Positions 11,597-21,616 of a stretch of 64,000 nt of DNA are shown piece by piece. Source of the stretch: Rebecca billardiae RCC1528 (taxonomy: Eukaryota > Protista > Haptophyta). Positions within the stretch are counted from its first letter, which is position 1, and the number at the start of each line of letters is the position of its first letter. The position numbers and the translations under genes were made by a program. The stretch is taken from positions 744,001-808,000 of the forward strand of contig OZ251229.1 in assembly GCA_965240325.2 (NCBI GenBank), written 5' to 3'. Below the pieces are notes generated by a model. That model made no database searches and was not told where the DNA came from. It was given only the letters and a program-made list of their open reading frames with translations.

Positions 11597-12386
11597 GCGC
11601 AGGTGCTGTCACAGCACGCGCCCCGTGCAGTCGCGCTCGCCACGACACTGCTGGCATGCTGCTGGCCCCCGTTGCAGCGTGCTGGCTCCTGGCAGGGATG
11701 GGAGCTGCACGGCGCGTCGGCTCGTGCTTCTGCTGGCGACCTCGCCTGCAGCACCTGTGACATCGGCGATGTGCCACGGGTCGCTCGTGCCACGGACCGG
11801 CGGAGTCGTGCTGCGTGGCGAGCTGGGTACCACGCGAGGCCGAGCCGCGCTACGCGGCCCGACTCTCTTGCGGGTCACGCGACACGCACCTTCGTCGTTC
11901 GTCCTGACTCACGTCTCCGCAGCCGGTGGCGATGCGGCCCAGAGCCCGTGGCTCCCACGTCAGCGGCCAAGCCGCTGCGGCGCGGCGACGGCGGGCTGCG
12001 GCCGGCACGGCCACTCCGGCGCCGCCCGCCGGCGCGGGGCTTGTCAGGCCGCACCGGCCACCGGGCCCGCGCGCGGGGAGTGGCCGCGCCCGCTGCCCGC
12101 GGGCCGGAGCGCGGCTGCGCGGGTCGTCTGAGACGTTGAACTCTCCGTCTCTCGATGTTCCCGTGGCAGCCATAGTAGGAAATATGATACCCGCACAGTG
12201 GAGTCCATAGCAGTCAGAAGTGTCAATAACTGTTAGCAGATGATACTCACTTACTCTGACTCATGACTCGGTCATCGAATCGTGTATAGTCGTCAATAGA
12301 TAATGATGATTGATGTGTTCAGTGAGATTCAAATTTGTGAAATGAAATGTATTATTACCCCAAATTCGCATCAATCTGGTGATTAT

Positions 12387-12459
12387 TTCGCCGTAGTACA
12401 GTGGTTTAGTATCCTGCGCCTTCACCGCAGTGACGCGGGTTCGAATCCCGCCGGCGAAA
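12387..12459 (+). tRNA. tRNA-Glu(TTC), with C at position 33
   Basis: Acceptor TTCGCCG/CGGCGAA; D arm GTAC-AGTGGTTTA-GTAT; anticodon arm CTGCG-CCTTCAC-CGCAG; T arm GCGGG-TTCGAAT-CCCGC. Confidence 0.88.
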
Positions 12460-12461
12460 CG

Positions 12462-12478
12462 TTTTCCTTTTTCTTTTT
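12462..12478 (+). terminator. Pol III oligo-T terminator
   Basis: TTTTCCTTTTTCTTTTT directly after the tRNA. Confidence 0.7.
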
Positions 12479-12830
12479 CACTCGCAAAGACTGACCGCTG
12501 ATGCTGACTGAGTCAGTCAGTGAGTGCAACGTGCTGATTGAGACTCCGAGTAAATGTACATGGACCGACCATACTAGTCGCCCGGCAGGCCAGACGCTGA
12601 ATGCCGCCCGCACCGTCGGAACCGTCCGAGGGGCGGAGGGGTCGGTCAGTCGCGCGGCTGACTCGCGGACGCGGACCGCGCGGGAGTCTGCCGGCCGCCG
12701 GCGGCCGCCGTCGGCGGCCGCCTGGCCCGGAACCGCGCCGAAACCGCGACGGCGTGGATCGGCCGTCCCGCGGTTCCTGAGACGTGTACTCGACAGCCCT
12801 CGGACTCGCACCGCGGCCCAATCAGTCACA

Positions 12831-15800
12831 TCAGACGCGCGCAGCCATGCCGTGCCGCACCATCCCGACGGCCGCGAGGTGGCCGACCTGCGCGAGATGG
12901 AAGACGGCGCGAGAGATCGGGTTGCCGTCGACGAGCAGCGTGATCGTCGCGCCGCACAGTCTGTTTGCCGCCTGCGCCGCCTCGAGGAGCGAGACAACTG
13001 CCGCGTCGCGCAGGCGGTTGCGGCACACGTTGAGCGTGTGCAGCTCGGGGCGCGCGTGCGCGAGCCCGCGCGCGAGCGCGCAGCCAGCGCGCGTGTCGAG
13101 CTCGCACTCTGCGAGGTGCAGCTGCTGCAGGGGGCAGCCGGGCAGCGCGAGGCACTCGCCGATCACCGCGCCGCCCTCGACGCCGAGGTGCACGTTGCGG
13201 TCGAGCCGCAGGTCGACGATGCCAGCGGCGGAGGGCGAGGAGGCGAGCTGGCGCATGAGCGTGCCCACGCCTGCCGCGCGCAGCATGTTGCCCTCGAGGT
13301 GGAGCGCGCGCACGCGCGGCGCGATCGACGCGCCCAGCAGCTCGGCGCACAGCACCTCCGCGTCGTCGCACGTCAGCTGCTTCTGCTCGAGTCGCACGAC
13401 GACGCGCGTGCCGGTGCGGCGCGTGGCGAGCGCCGTCTTCTGCGCGAGCACGGCGTACCGGGCGAATCGCGCGCGCACGTCGCGCTCCAGGGCGCAGATG
13501 TGCAGGCGGTCGGCCTCGACGGTGAGCGCGCCGCGCGAGGGCAGCTCGTCGGCGCAGAAGCGCGCCGCGTCGAGCTCCTCGCCCGTGAGCGCGCGGAAGA
13601 AGTCGCCGTCGATGTCGCCCGCGGAGCGGCGCATGCCGAGCGCGCGCCGGAGCGCGTGGATGGCCGAGCTCGCCCTCGCGGCGCCGCCCCTCCGCCGCCT
13701 GCCGCCGACGCCGCCGCGGCTGTCGCTCGAGGCGCCGCTGTCGCCGTAGAGTGCGACGGTGAGCTCCGCGTAATCGTCCGCGCCCTCGTCCTCCGCGTCG
13801 GCGGTGCCGCCCTCGTCCGCGCCCGGGACGGCGGCGCCCTCCTCGTGCTCGGCGCCGCCGGTGCCGTGCCCTTCCGGCTGCAGGCTCTGGAAGTCCTCGC
13901 CCGCCTTGGCGCCGTACGCAGGCCGGCCGTAGGCGTACACGTGCGCGCGCTCGCGAGACATCTCCATCAGGCAGAGGTACACGTAGAGCTCGCAGCGGCA
14001 CCACGCGCGCTCGCCATAGTGGAGCAGGTCGAGCGGGTGGCTCGCGTCGCGCAGCGAGAGCAGCTCGGCGGCGCGCGGCCGCACGGGGACGAGCAGGAAG
14101 TGCGCGCGCGCCGCGTAGGAGAGCAGCGACGTGATGCCGGCCGCCTGCCGCTCCGCGTCCTGCTGGTCGACGCAGGCGAAGTCGATCCAGATGGCGCACG
14201 AGGCGACGTCGATGCCGTGCGCGGCGGCGATGCGGCGCACGCCGTCGCTGACCAGCGCGTACTTGGTGTTCTGCCGGTCGTCCGGCGACTCGACGCGCCA
14301 CCAGCGGTGCGAGACGAAGATGACCACGTCGCGCGCCTCGTCGAGCGGCCGCGTGACGCCGTCCGCGTGCGAGGGGATGCGGCCGGCGTGCACCCACGCG
14401 TCGTAGGGCACGACGCACATGGGCCACTGCTCGCGCGCGATGATGGACGCGCGTGTCTCCGCCGAGAGCGCCGCCATGAGCTCCTCGTCCGTGTGCGCGC
14501 ACAGGCCGCCGCCGCCGCCCGCGTCGTCGTCCTCATCGCCCGCCTCGTGCACCGCGCCGAGCTCGAGCACGCCGTGCGACAGGTCGTCGTCGTCGTCGCC
14601 CTGGGAAGAGGTGCGGCGGCGGTGGTGGCCGCGGCGCGCCTTGGACTTCCTCGCGGCGGAGCTCGCCGCCTTCGCCGCCGCCGCGGCTGACGCGTCGCCC
14701 ACCGTGCCCAGCCTCGGCCCGCCGCCCAGGCTGCCGAGCAGCGCGGCCACCTCCTGCTGGATGTCGTCCTTTTTCAGGTAGAGCACGCCCGAGACCAGCC
14801 CCTGCAGGTGCGCCCAGCTGCCGGCGAACCAGTTGAGGTGGCCGCCGGTGAGGTAGTAGGGCACCTGCACCAGCCAGATCACGAAGAAGGGCGCCCACAT
14901 CGCGCCGATCACCACGAGCAGGCGCAGGAAGTACGTGTGCAGGCCTGACGCCGAGAGCCGCGTCACCGAGCCCGGCAGCGCGGCCGCGGCGGCGCCGGCG
15001 CGCGTGCTGCCGTTGCGCGTCTCCGGGCCGGTGCGCTCGAGCGCGCGCGTGCACCACGGCGCGCACATGAGCCAGGCGGGCGGCGGCACGCCGCTCTGCG
15101 CGGCGACGTTCAGCGCGTACGTGCGCGACGCCAGCAGCACGATCAGTGTGAGCGGGATGAAGAGCATCAGCTGCGCGGTGAACGCCCACAGGAAGGTGCT
15201 CGACGGCTTGTCGTACGGGACGGGCAGGCAGTTGAGGCCGCGCACGGCGTACGATTGCGCGGGGAAGCCGTCTCGGAGGCGGTACGCGAACGAGGGCACC
15301 AGCGAGAACGCGGCCACCAGCGCGTACGCCAACGAGAGCCGCGCCCACACGGCCGCGGGCCGCGTCGGCACGTACGTCTGCATCTCGTACGTGCAGCGCG
15401 AGAGGCGGCAGATCTCGGACGCGATCAGCACGTTGACCCACATCGAGCCGGCCGCGCCGAAGACGGTGTATGCCGACTGCAGGTCGCACATCCACGCGCC
15501 ATCGCCGTCCCAGTAGTCGCCGTGGTGCGCGTGCATCGCACACGTCCACACGCACGTGGTCGAGAAGATCACGTCCGGGATGGCCAGGCCGACGATGTAG
15601 TGGTTGAAGGGCGAGGCGCGAAGCCGGCGGCGGCCGAGCACAAGGACGATGATGGCGATGCCCGCCGAGGCGGAGACGAGGCTGACCAGCACCCACGCGC
15701 GCCAGTACGGCACGCGGATGTCGTCCGGCAGCGGCGTGCGGATGAGAAGCCACCGCGCCTCTTGTGCGTCCATGAACGGGTCCTCGCCGCGCGCGGCGCG

Positions 15801-15842
15801 CGCGATGGCGAAGCCATCGCCTGTCTCTGGCAGGTACGGCAT
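12831..15842 (-). CDS. 7TM GPCR-like receptor fused to a HET/TIR-like domain and RNI-type LRRs (1003 aa, one ORF)
   Basis: Seven hydrophobic helices with NHYIVGLAIPD, WMCDLQ, GLNCLP and HLQGLVSGVLY; then VIFVSHRW..PDD..IWIDFACVDQ..YGERAWCRCE; then LRRs (VRALHLEGNML, IVDLRLDRN, LQQLHLAEC, LHTLNVCRN). Confidence 0.85.
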   Translation of the reverse strand: MPYLPETGDGFAIARAARGEDPFMDAQEARWLLIRTPLPDDIRVPYWRAWVLVSLVSASAGIAIIVLVLGRRRLRASPFNHYIVGLAIPDVIFSTTCVWTCAMHAHHGDYWDGDGAWMCDLQSAYTVFGAAGSMWVNVLIASEICRLSRCTYEMQTYVPTRPAAVWARLSLAYALVAAFSLVPSFAYRLRDGFPAQSYAVRGLNCLPVPYDKPSSTFLWAFTAQLMLFIPLTLIVLLASRTYALNVAAQSGVPPPAWLMCAPWCTRALERTGPETRNGSTRAGAAAAALPGSVTRLSASGLHTYFLRLLVVIGAMWAPFFVIWLVQVPYYLTGGHLNWFAGSWAHLQGLVSGVLYLKKDDIQQEVAALLGSLGGGPRLGTVGDASAAAAAKAASSAARKSKARRGHHRRRTSSQGDDDDDLSHGVLELGAVHEAGDEDDDAGGGGGLCAHTDEELMAALSAETRASIIAREQWPMCVVPYDAWVHAGRIPSHADGVTRPLDEARDVVIFVSHRWWRVESPDDRQNTKYALVSDGVRRIAAAHGIDVASCAIWIDFACVDQQDAERQAAGITSLLSYAARAHFLLVPVRPRAAELLSLRDASHPLDLLHYGERAWCRCELYVYLCLMEMSRERAHVYAYGRPAYGAKAGEDFQSLQPEGHGTGGAEHEEGAAVPGADEGGTADAEDEGADDYAELTVALYGDSGASSDSRGGVGGRRRRGGAARASSAIHALRRALGMRRSAGDIDGDFFRALTGEELDAARFCADELPSRGALTVEADRLHICALERDVRARFARYAVLAQKTALATRRTGTRVVVRLEQKQLTCDDAEVLCAELLGASIAPRVRALHLEGNMLRAAGVGTLMRQLASSPSAAGIVDLRLDRNVHLGVEGGAVIGECLALPGCPLQQLHLAECELDTRAGCALARGLAHARPELHTLNVCRNRLRDAAVVSLLEAAQAANRLCGATITLLVDGNPISRAVFHLAQVGHLAAVGMVRHGMAARV

Positions 15843-16782
15843 CTTCTCGCCCGCGTCTCACTCCAGGCCGCGGGCCCGGCCCTCTGCCCACTCACGGTGA
15901 ACACGACCTTCTCAAGGGGCTCGCCCTTTAGCACGCCGCTCGTGGCTCTTTCACGAGTACCCAAGGGCGTTCCCGGGATCCTGCCACACGCTCCTGAAGA
16001 CCTGAAAAGCAAAGCGCGCCCCCGCTGCGGGGGCTTTGCCTTTTTTCGTATTCAAATGTACCCGCTTCGAATGGAGAAAGCTCGTTTCAATAGGAAGGTG
16101 GTTCAATTTGGCGAATGACCAATGCGGGGAACGCCCCTGGCGTGAGTTTGATCAAGAGTTCGTCCCTCCGCCGCCGCCGGGCGGGCGCCGGGCGGCCTTC
16201 GGGCTTCGGCGCACTCGGATTAATCAAAGCGGTCGGGTTACCAGTAGGTATAATACCCTCATTTCATTTATGGAAGCTTCCAGTTGCAGTATGACAGCAC
16301 CTGTTTGGGTCGTCGTGGAAACGAAAACGACGTCGACGGAACTTCCCTCACACAAGCACAGCGCGAAGGCGCCGCTCTCAGACCCGACGGGTAATTTTAT
16401 TATTGCCTTCGAAACGACATCAGATACCCCCTTCCAACCGTCTCATCTTCTGTGCATCCCGAATCTCACGATCGCCAGCGATCGCCACTCGCAATAATCT
16501 TCATCACTAATCAGGCGGCGGCGGGCGTTTGATGACTGGCTGTGAGCTGTGATGAGGAGGACCCTTTGACGAACCGAACCGCAATAAATAGGCGAGCGAA
16601 GACCGACTAAGGTTTATGAGTTACGACGACGACGGCTCGTGTGGTTGTTGTAAGAAAAATAAGGTCGTATCTTCATCGTAGAAAGGTCGAAAGGAAGAGA
16701 CAAGAGTCGCGACGAGCTTTTCTGCGACGCGGGCCCCCTCGCCAGGCGCTCACGAGCGAGCCCAGCGGGCGCTGAGCCCGCG

Positions 16783-19614
16783 ATGCTCGGGGGTCGTGCC
16801 GCGCCCACGAGTCTGAATGCCTCCGAGCCGCCCGTCTCGCTCGTGCTCATCACCGACCCTGGCCCGGACCCGGACGACGTGAAAGCGCTCATGGCGGCGG
16901 CCATGTTCCACCAGCAGCAGCGCGTGCAGCTGGCGGCGGTCATTTGCAATGGCGGCGGCGCGCCGCGTGAGCGCGCGCGACTGGCTGCGTGCGTGCTCCG
17001 GCACATGCACCTGGACGACGTCCCCGTGGGCATCGGCAGTGCCGGCACGCCTCGCACGGCGCTCGAGCACGAGTACCGGCTCGACGGCTACGGCGAGACC
17101 GTCGGCGCGCCGCTGCACGACGGGCTGACGCTCCTGCATGGCGTGCTCAGCTCGGCGGCGCCCTCGTCCATCGTGATGGTGTGCATCAGCAGCCTGCGCG
17201 ACGTCGCCGACGCGATGCAGGCGCACACCGCGCTCGTGATGAGCAAGGTCTCGCGCGTGATTGTGATGGGCGGCCTCGAGCGCGCGCACGGCGACACCGG
17301 CGGCGCTGGCGACGCTGATGCCGACGCGCCGCTCCCGCCCCCGCCCGGCGCGGCGGCGGCGCCGGTGCCGCCGCCGCCCTACGCGCCGTGGCGGCCGGAC
17401 AGCGCGCAGAACAACCAGTTCGACGTGAGCGCCGCCGAGTACGTGTACTCCTTCTGCTTTGAGCGAGGGATGCCGCTCACGGTCGTCGGCCGGCACGCGG
17501 TGCCGCTGCTGCCGATGCAGCTCGCGCGCTCGTTCGCCGAGCGCACGGACTCGGCGCTCATGCGCTACCTCGCCGACGCGCAGTTCCTCGGCCTCGAAGG
17601 GCTGTGGCGCCGGCTGTGCGCGGGCGAGCTCCCCGCGCGCTGCACGAAGCAGTGGTACTTCGAGACCTTCTGCGGCATCGGCGCCGAGCAGTTTGGCGCG
17701 CGCGGCTACGACGCGCTCGGCGCGGACGCGGCGATCAGCACGTTCCTCAACGGGTACGTGAAGCCGTACGACGTGGTCGCGCTGATGGCCGCGCTGCCCA
17801 CCTTCAGCGGCCTCGGCGGCGACTCCGCCGACTTCCTCTGGCGGCGCGTGCGACACCGGCTGCTGCTGGGTGCCGAGCACGCGCCCGACGTGCGCGAGGT
17901 GGCCGAGCTGCTGCGCGCCGCGTACCACCACGCGGTGGCGCTGGGCTCGCTGCAGTCGTCGGCGTCGCCGGACGGCGGCGGGCGCCCGCCGATCCTCTTC
18001 GGCCGGCTGCGCACCGGCGGCGCGGCGGAGCCGGCCGACGCGACGACGCTCGCCTCGTCCATCGCCGTGCTGAACGGCAGCGGCGCATATGGCAGCACGC
18101 AGCAGGCGGGCGCGCGCGCGCCGCGGCGGTCGGTCAAGCTGGTCGCGGCGGAGGAGGTGGGGACGAAGGTGCGCGAGGACTTCCTCGCCGCGGTGGACAA
18201 GGAGCGCACGCCGTCCGCGCAGGACCCGTCGCTCCCACGGCTGCCGCGCTCGCACCGCAACAGCGCAACGTCCAGCATCGGCGCGAGCGACGCTTCCGCC
18301 CAGCGGCCACCACTCCTCGGCGGCGCAGCCGCACCCGCCGCCGAGCACCGGCCCCCGGCTGGCCGCGGCGCTGCTGGCAGCTCGGAGCCGGCGCCCCCCG
18401 CGGCGCCCGCGCACGCGCCGGCCACACCGCCCGCCACGCGGTCGGCGACGCCCCTCGCGGCCTCGCGCGCGCCTCCCCCCGCGCTCCTCGAGCGCTCGCA
18501 CACGGGCCTGAGCACGCTGAGCGTGCACAGCGACCTGGCCAGCTGGAGCGCGATGCAGCAGCACCACCACACCGAGCCGCCCGGCCGCATGGCGGTGGCG
18601 CGGCTGCTCGACGGCGCGCTCTCGCAGGCGATGCGCGTGCACCGCTGGGTCGCGAGCGCGCTGCTGCTGCTCGGCGGCACGGGCTTCGCTGCCGTCGAGG
18701 CCGCGCGCGTGCTGCGCTGCCTGCAGATTGCTCTGCCCGGCTCGGCGGCCGTCGGCTGGCCGCGCGCCGCGTCGATCGCGCTCGACGACCTGGACGACAT
18801 GCTGCCCGTCGCGTCGGCGGTGTGCCTCGTGGTGGCGCTGCTCGGGCAGCTGCCTGTGCGCGAGCACATCTGGGCCGCGCACGCCGTCGCCATGCTGCTC
18901 GGCGCCTCGCTCGTCGCGCACACGCTGGTGAGCGCGTCGCAGCTGGGCGCGGACGGCAGCGGCGGCGGCGCGCACTGGTGGCACTGGGCGCTCAGCACGC
19001 TTGCCAACGCGGCCGTGGGCGTGTCGCTCGCGCGCGCGACCGCGCGGCACTCGCAGCCGGCGCCCGCGCACCTGGTGATCCGCGCGGTGTGGCGCTGCGC
19101 CGGCGCGTGGATGCTCGCCTCCGCCGCGCTCGCGCTCCTCGGCGCGTGGCTGCTCCCGCCGCGCGGCGCGGGCCCGCCGAGCGCGCCGTGGGCGCGCGCT
19201 GGCTCGCTGCTGCTGCTCGCGGGCCTCTCGCTCTACCCGCCGTTCCAGGCGAGCCTGTACGCGCAGCTGGTGCGCGCGCGGTGCATCTCGGGGCAGAGGC
19301 ACGTCGTGCTCGCGCCGCTGGTCGGCTTCGGCGCGGCGGAGGTCGCGGCGGGCGGCGGCAGCGCGCTGCTCTCGCGCGCCGAGCGCCGCTGCTTTGCGCT
19401 CAAGCTGAACGCAGCCGGGCGGCGCATCCTCGGCGCCGAGCTGATCGGCTCGGTCTCGGCGGTGGCCGAGGGCGGCAAACGCGGCGGCTCGTGCGAGAGC
19501 TCGCGCGAGGGCTTGCGCGGGGGCTCCCCGCGCGTCTCGAAGCGCAGCACGCCGCCGCCCTCAGTCGCCGGGCTGTCGCACGGTTGGCCCTCAACCGAGC
19601 GCGACCTGGAGATG

Positions 19615-19687
<73 letters not shown>

Positions 19688-21234
19688 TGGACGGTGGCAG
19701 CTCGTTCGGCTCGTCCACGAGCGCGGCGCTGCAGGCGGCGGCCGGGCTGCGGCCTGCGGTGAGCCCACTCGAGCCGGTCGCCGCATCCGAGCAGGGCGCG
19801 AGCCGCGCCAATCCCTCGCCGATGATGATCGACGCGGCTGACGAGCCGCCGCCGCGCGGCCACGGCCGGCAGCGCGAGCCGCGGGCGCAGCGCGGCGCGG
19901 CCGCGCGCGTTGCGGCCAGGGTGCTCAGCGCCCCGCGCCACTGGGCGCTGGCTGGGCGCGGCTCCGCCCGCCGGCCGCCGAGGCGCGGCCACGCGTCGGC
20001 GCACCGGCTGCAAGACGACGAGCGGGACGACAGCGGAGGCGGCAGCACCTCGAGCCGCGCGTCACCTTCCGAGGACGGGCGCGACAGCTTCAAGCGACAC
20101 AGCTTCACGCGAGCGGCGGCGTCACGCAAGGCGGGCTCGGAGGTCTCGATGCGCGAGCTGGCGCGCTCCATGCCGGCCTCGCCCGACGGGGTGCCGGTGG
20201 CGGGCTCACCGGCGCAGCACCGCTCTCCGCTCGGATCGATGCGCTTGGCGCCCTCGCGCCCGGCGCCCTCGCTCGACGGCGCGGGCGGGGCCTTGCAGTG
20301 GCTTCGTGACGAGGCCGTGCGGTGCCGGGCATGGCTCGGAGGCGCGCGCCACCGGTCGCCGCAGAGCAGCCCGCAGACGGGCAAGCGGCGCATGTCGACC
20401 AGCCTCTTCCGCCTCGCGCGGCTCGATCCGGACGGCCCGCTCTCCTGGTTCGGCCGCGCGGACGCGAGCGGCGTCGACTGGTTCGTGAGTCACTGCGTCG
20501 ACGACAGCGCCGAGGCTCGACTCGCCGCGCTCGACGCGTGGACGCGCTCCTCGCGCGAGACGCCGAGCGTGTTCATCGACTGCGCGTGCATGGCGCCCGA
20601 CCTCACGCCCGAGGACGCGCTCGCGCTGCGGCTCGTCGCGCTCGCGCGCGCGCAGCGGCTGCTCGTGCTCTGGGGGCCGCACTACGCCTCGTCGCTGCTC
20701 TGCGTGATGGACCTGGTCGCGTGGGTCGCACTCGGCCGCTCCCTCGACAGCGTGGAGGTGGTGGGCGCGATCGCGACGCTCGACGACGCGCACACGGCCG
20801 TCGCCGCTGTCGACGCCTTCCACGTCGCGTACGCGCGCCCGCCGACGAAGCGGGCGGGCGGCTCGGAGGAGGTGGCGCGCCGCCTCGCGCTCGCGTCCGA
20901 CCTCGCCGGCCCGCGCGCCATCAACCGCCTCGTCACCTCCTTCGCCAGCCCGATGCTCGACCTCGCCATCCGCCAGCGTGAGCTCGACGAGGGGCACGAC
21001 GACGGGGACTCGATCTCGTCCGACGATGACGGTTACTCGGGCAAGCACGGCAGCGTGGACCTGGAGCAGTCGCCGATGATCGGGGGGCACCGGAACGGGG
21101 GGAGCTTGCAGGTGATGCCGGCTCCCAGTCCCATCGGCGCACGCCGTTCCAGCTCGCAGTCATCGCCATCGGGGTTGAGGATCCACAGCAACATGATGCC
21201 CCAGTCTCAGGGCGATGATTCCGCCGGCCCGTGA
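16783..21234 (+). CDS. Nucleoside hydrolase-like domain + multipass membrane region + degenerate TIR-like domain (1483 aa, one ORF)
   Basis: LITDPGPDPDD, VPVGIG, VIVMGG, AQNNQFDVSAA and KPYD match the IU-NH fold. About 6 hydrophobic segments at 18640-19260. C-terminal DWFVSHC..VFIDCAC..RLLVLWGPHYASSLLCVMD. Confidence 0.8.
19614..19686. repeat. (GGC)n encoding a poly-Gly tract
   Basis: Direct reading; in frame within the 1483-aa ORF. Confidence 0.95.
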
Positions 21235-21474
21235 GACTCAGACTGACACTTATACTCACTGACACTCACTACTAGACCCTTCAGGAAAGGTTTAGTGGCC
21301 CCGGCCCTTCACGCAGTACGGGTTCCCACCGTCCTGACGAGTCGGCAGCGGCATACTATAGCCTAGTCGTACGACTAGTAGTATAGTAGTTAGCAGCATA
21401 CATCAGTACGTAGATAGTATACATCAGAGATCTATATCATCGATGATTGATACCGCCCGTGGATCATCGACGTT

Positions 21475-21580
21475 AGAGAGAGTCAGAGAGATCGAGATCT
21501 CGAGAGAGAGCAGAGGGCGGAGAGAGAGAGACGAGAGAGAAGCAGATGGATCGATGGATGGATGGATGGATCGATAGATA
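21475..21580. repeat. Degenerate (GA)n/(GATG)n simple repeat
   Basis: Direct reading. Confidence 0.8.
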
Positions 21581-21616
21581 TGATGGCCTGCTCGAGAGCG
21601 CGGTGTAAGTGGTCAA

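Noticed and set aside
11589-12210. Small ORFs downstream of the ankyrin gene
   Set aside because: No recognisable motifs or consistent frame; probably UTR or intergenic.
12387-12459. UGA-suppressor or selenocysteine tRNA (TCA inside the loop)
   Set aside because: The CTGCG/CGCAG stem centres TTC; the shifted register does not pair and there is no long variable arm.
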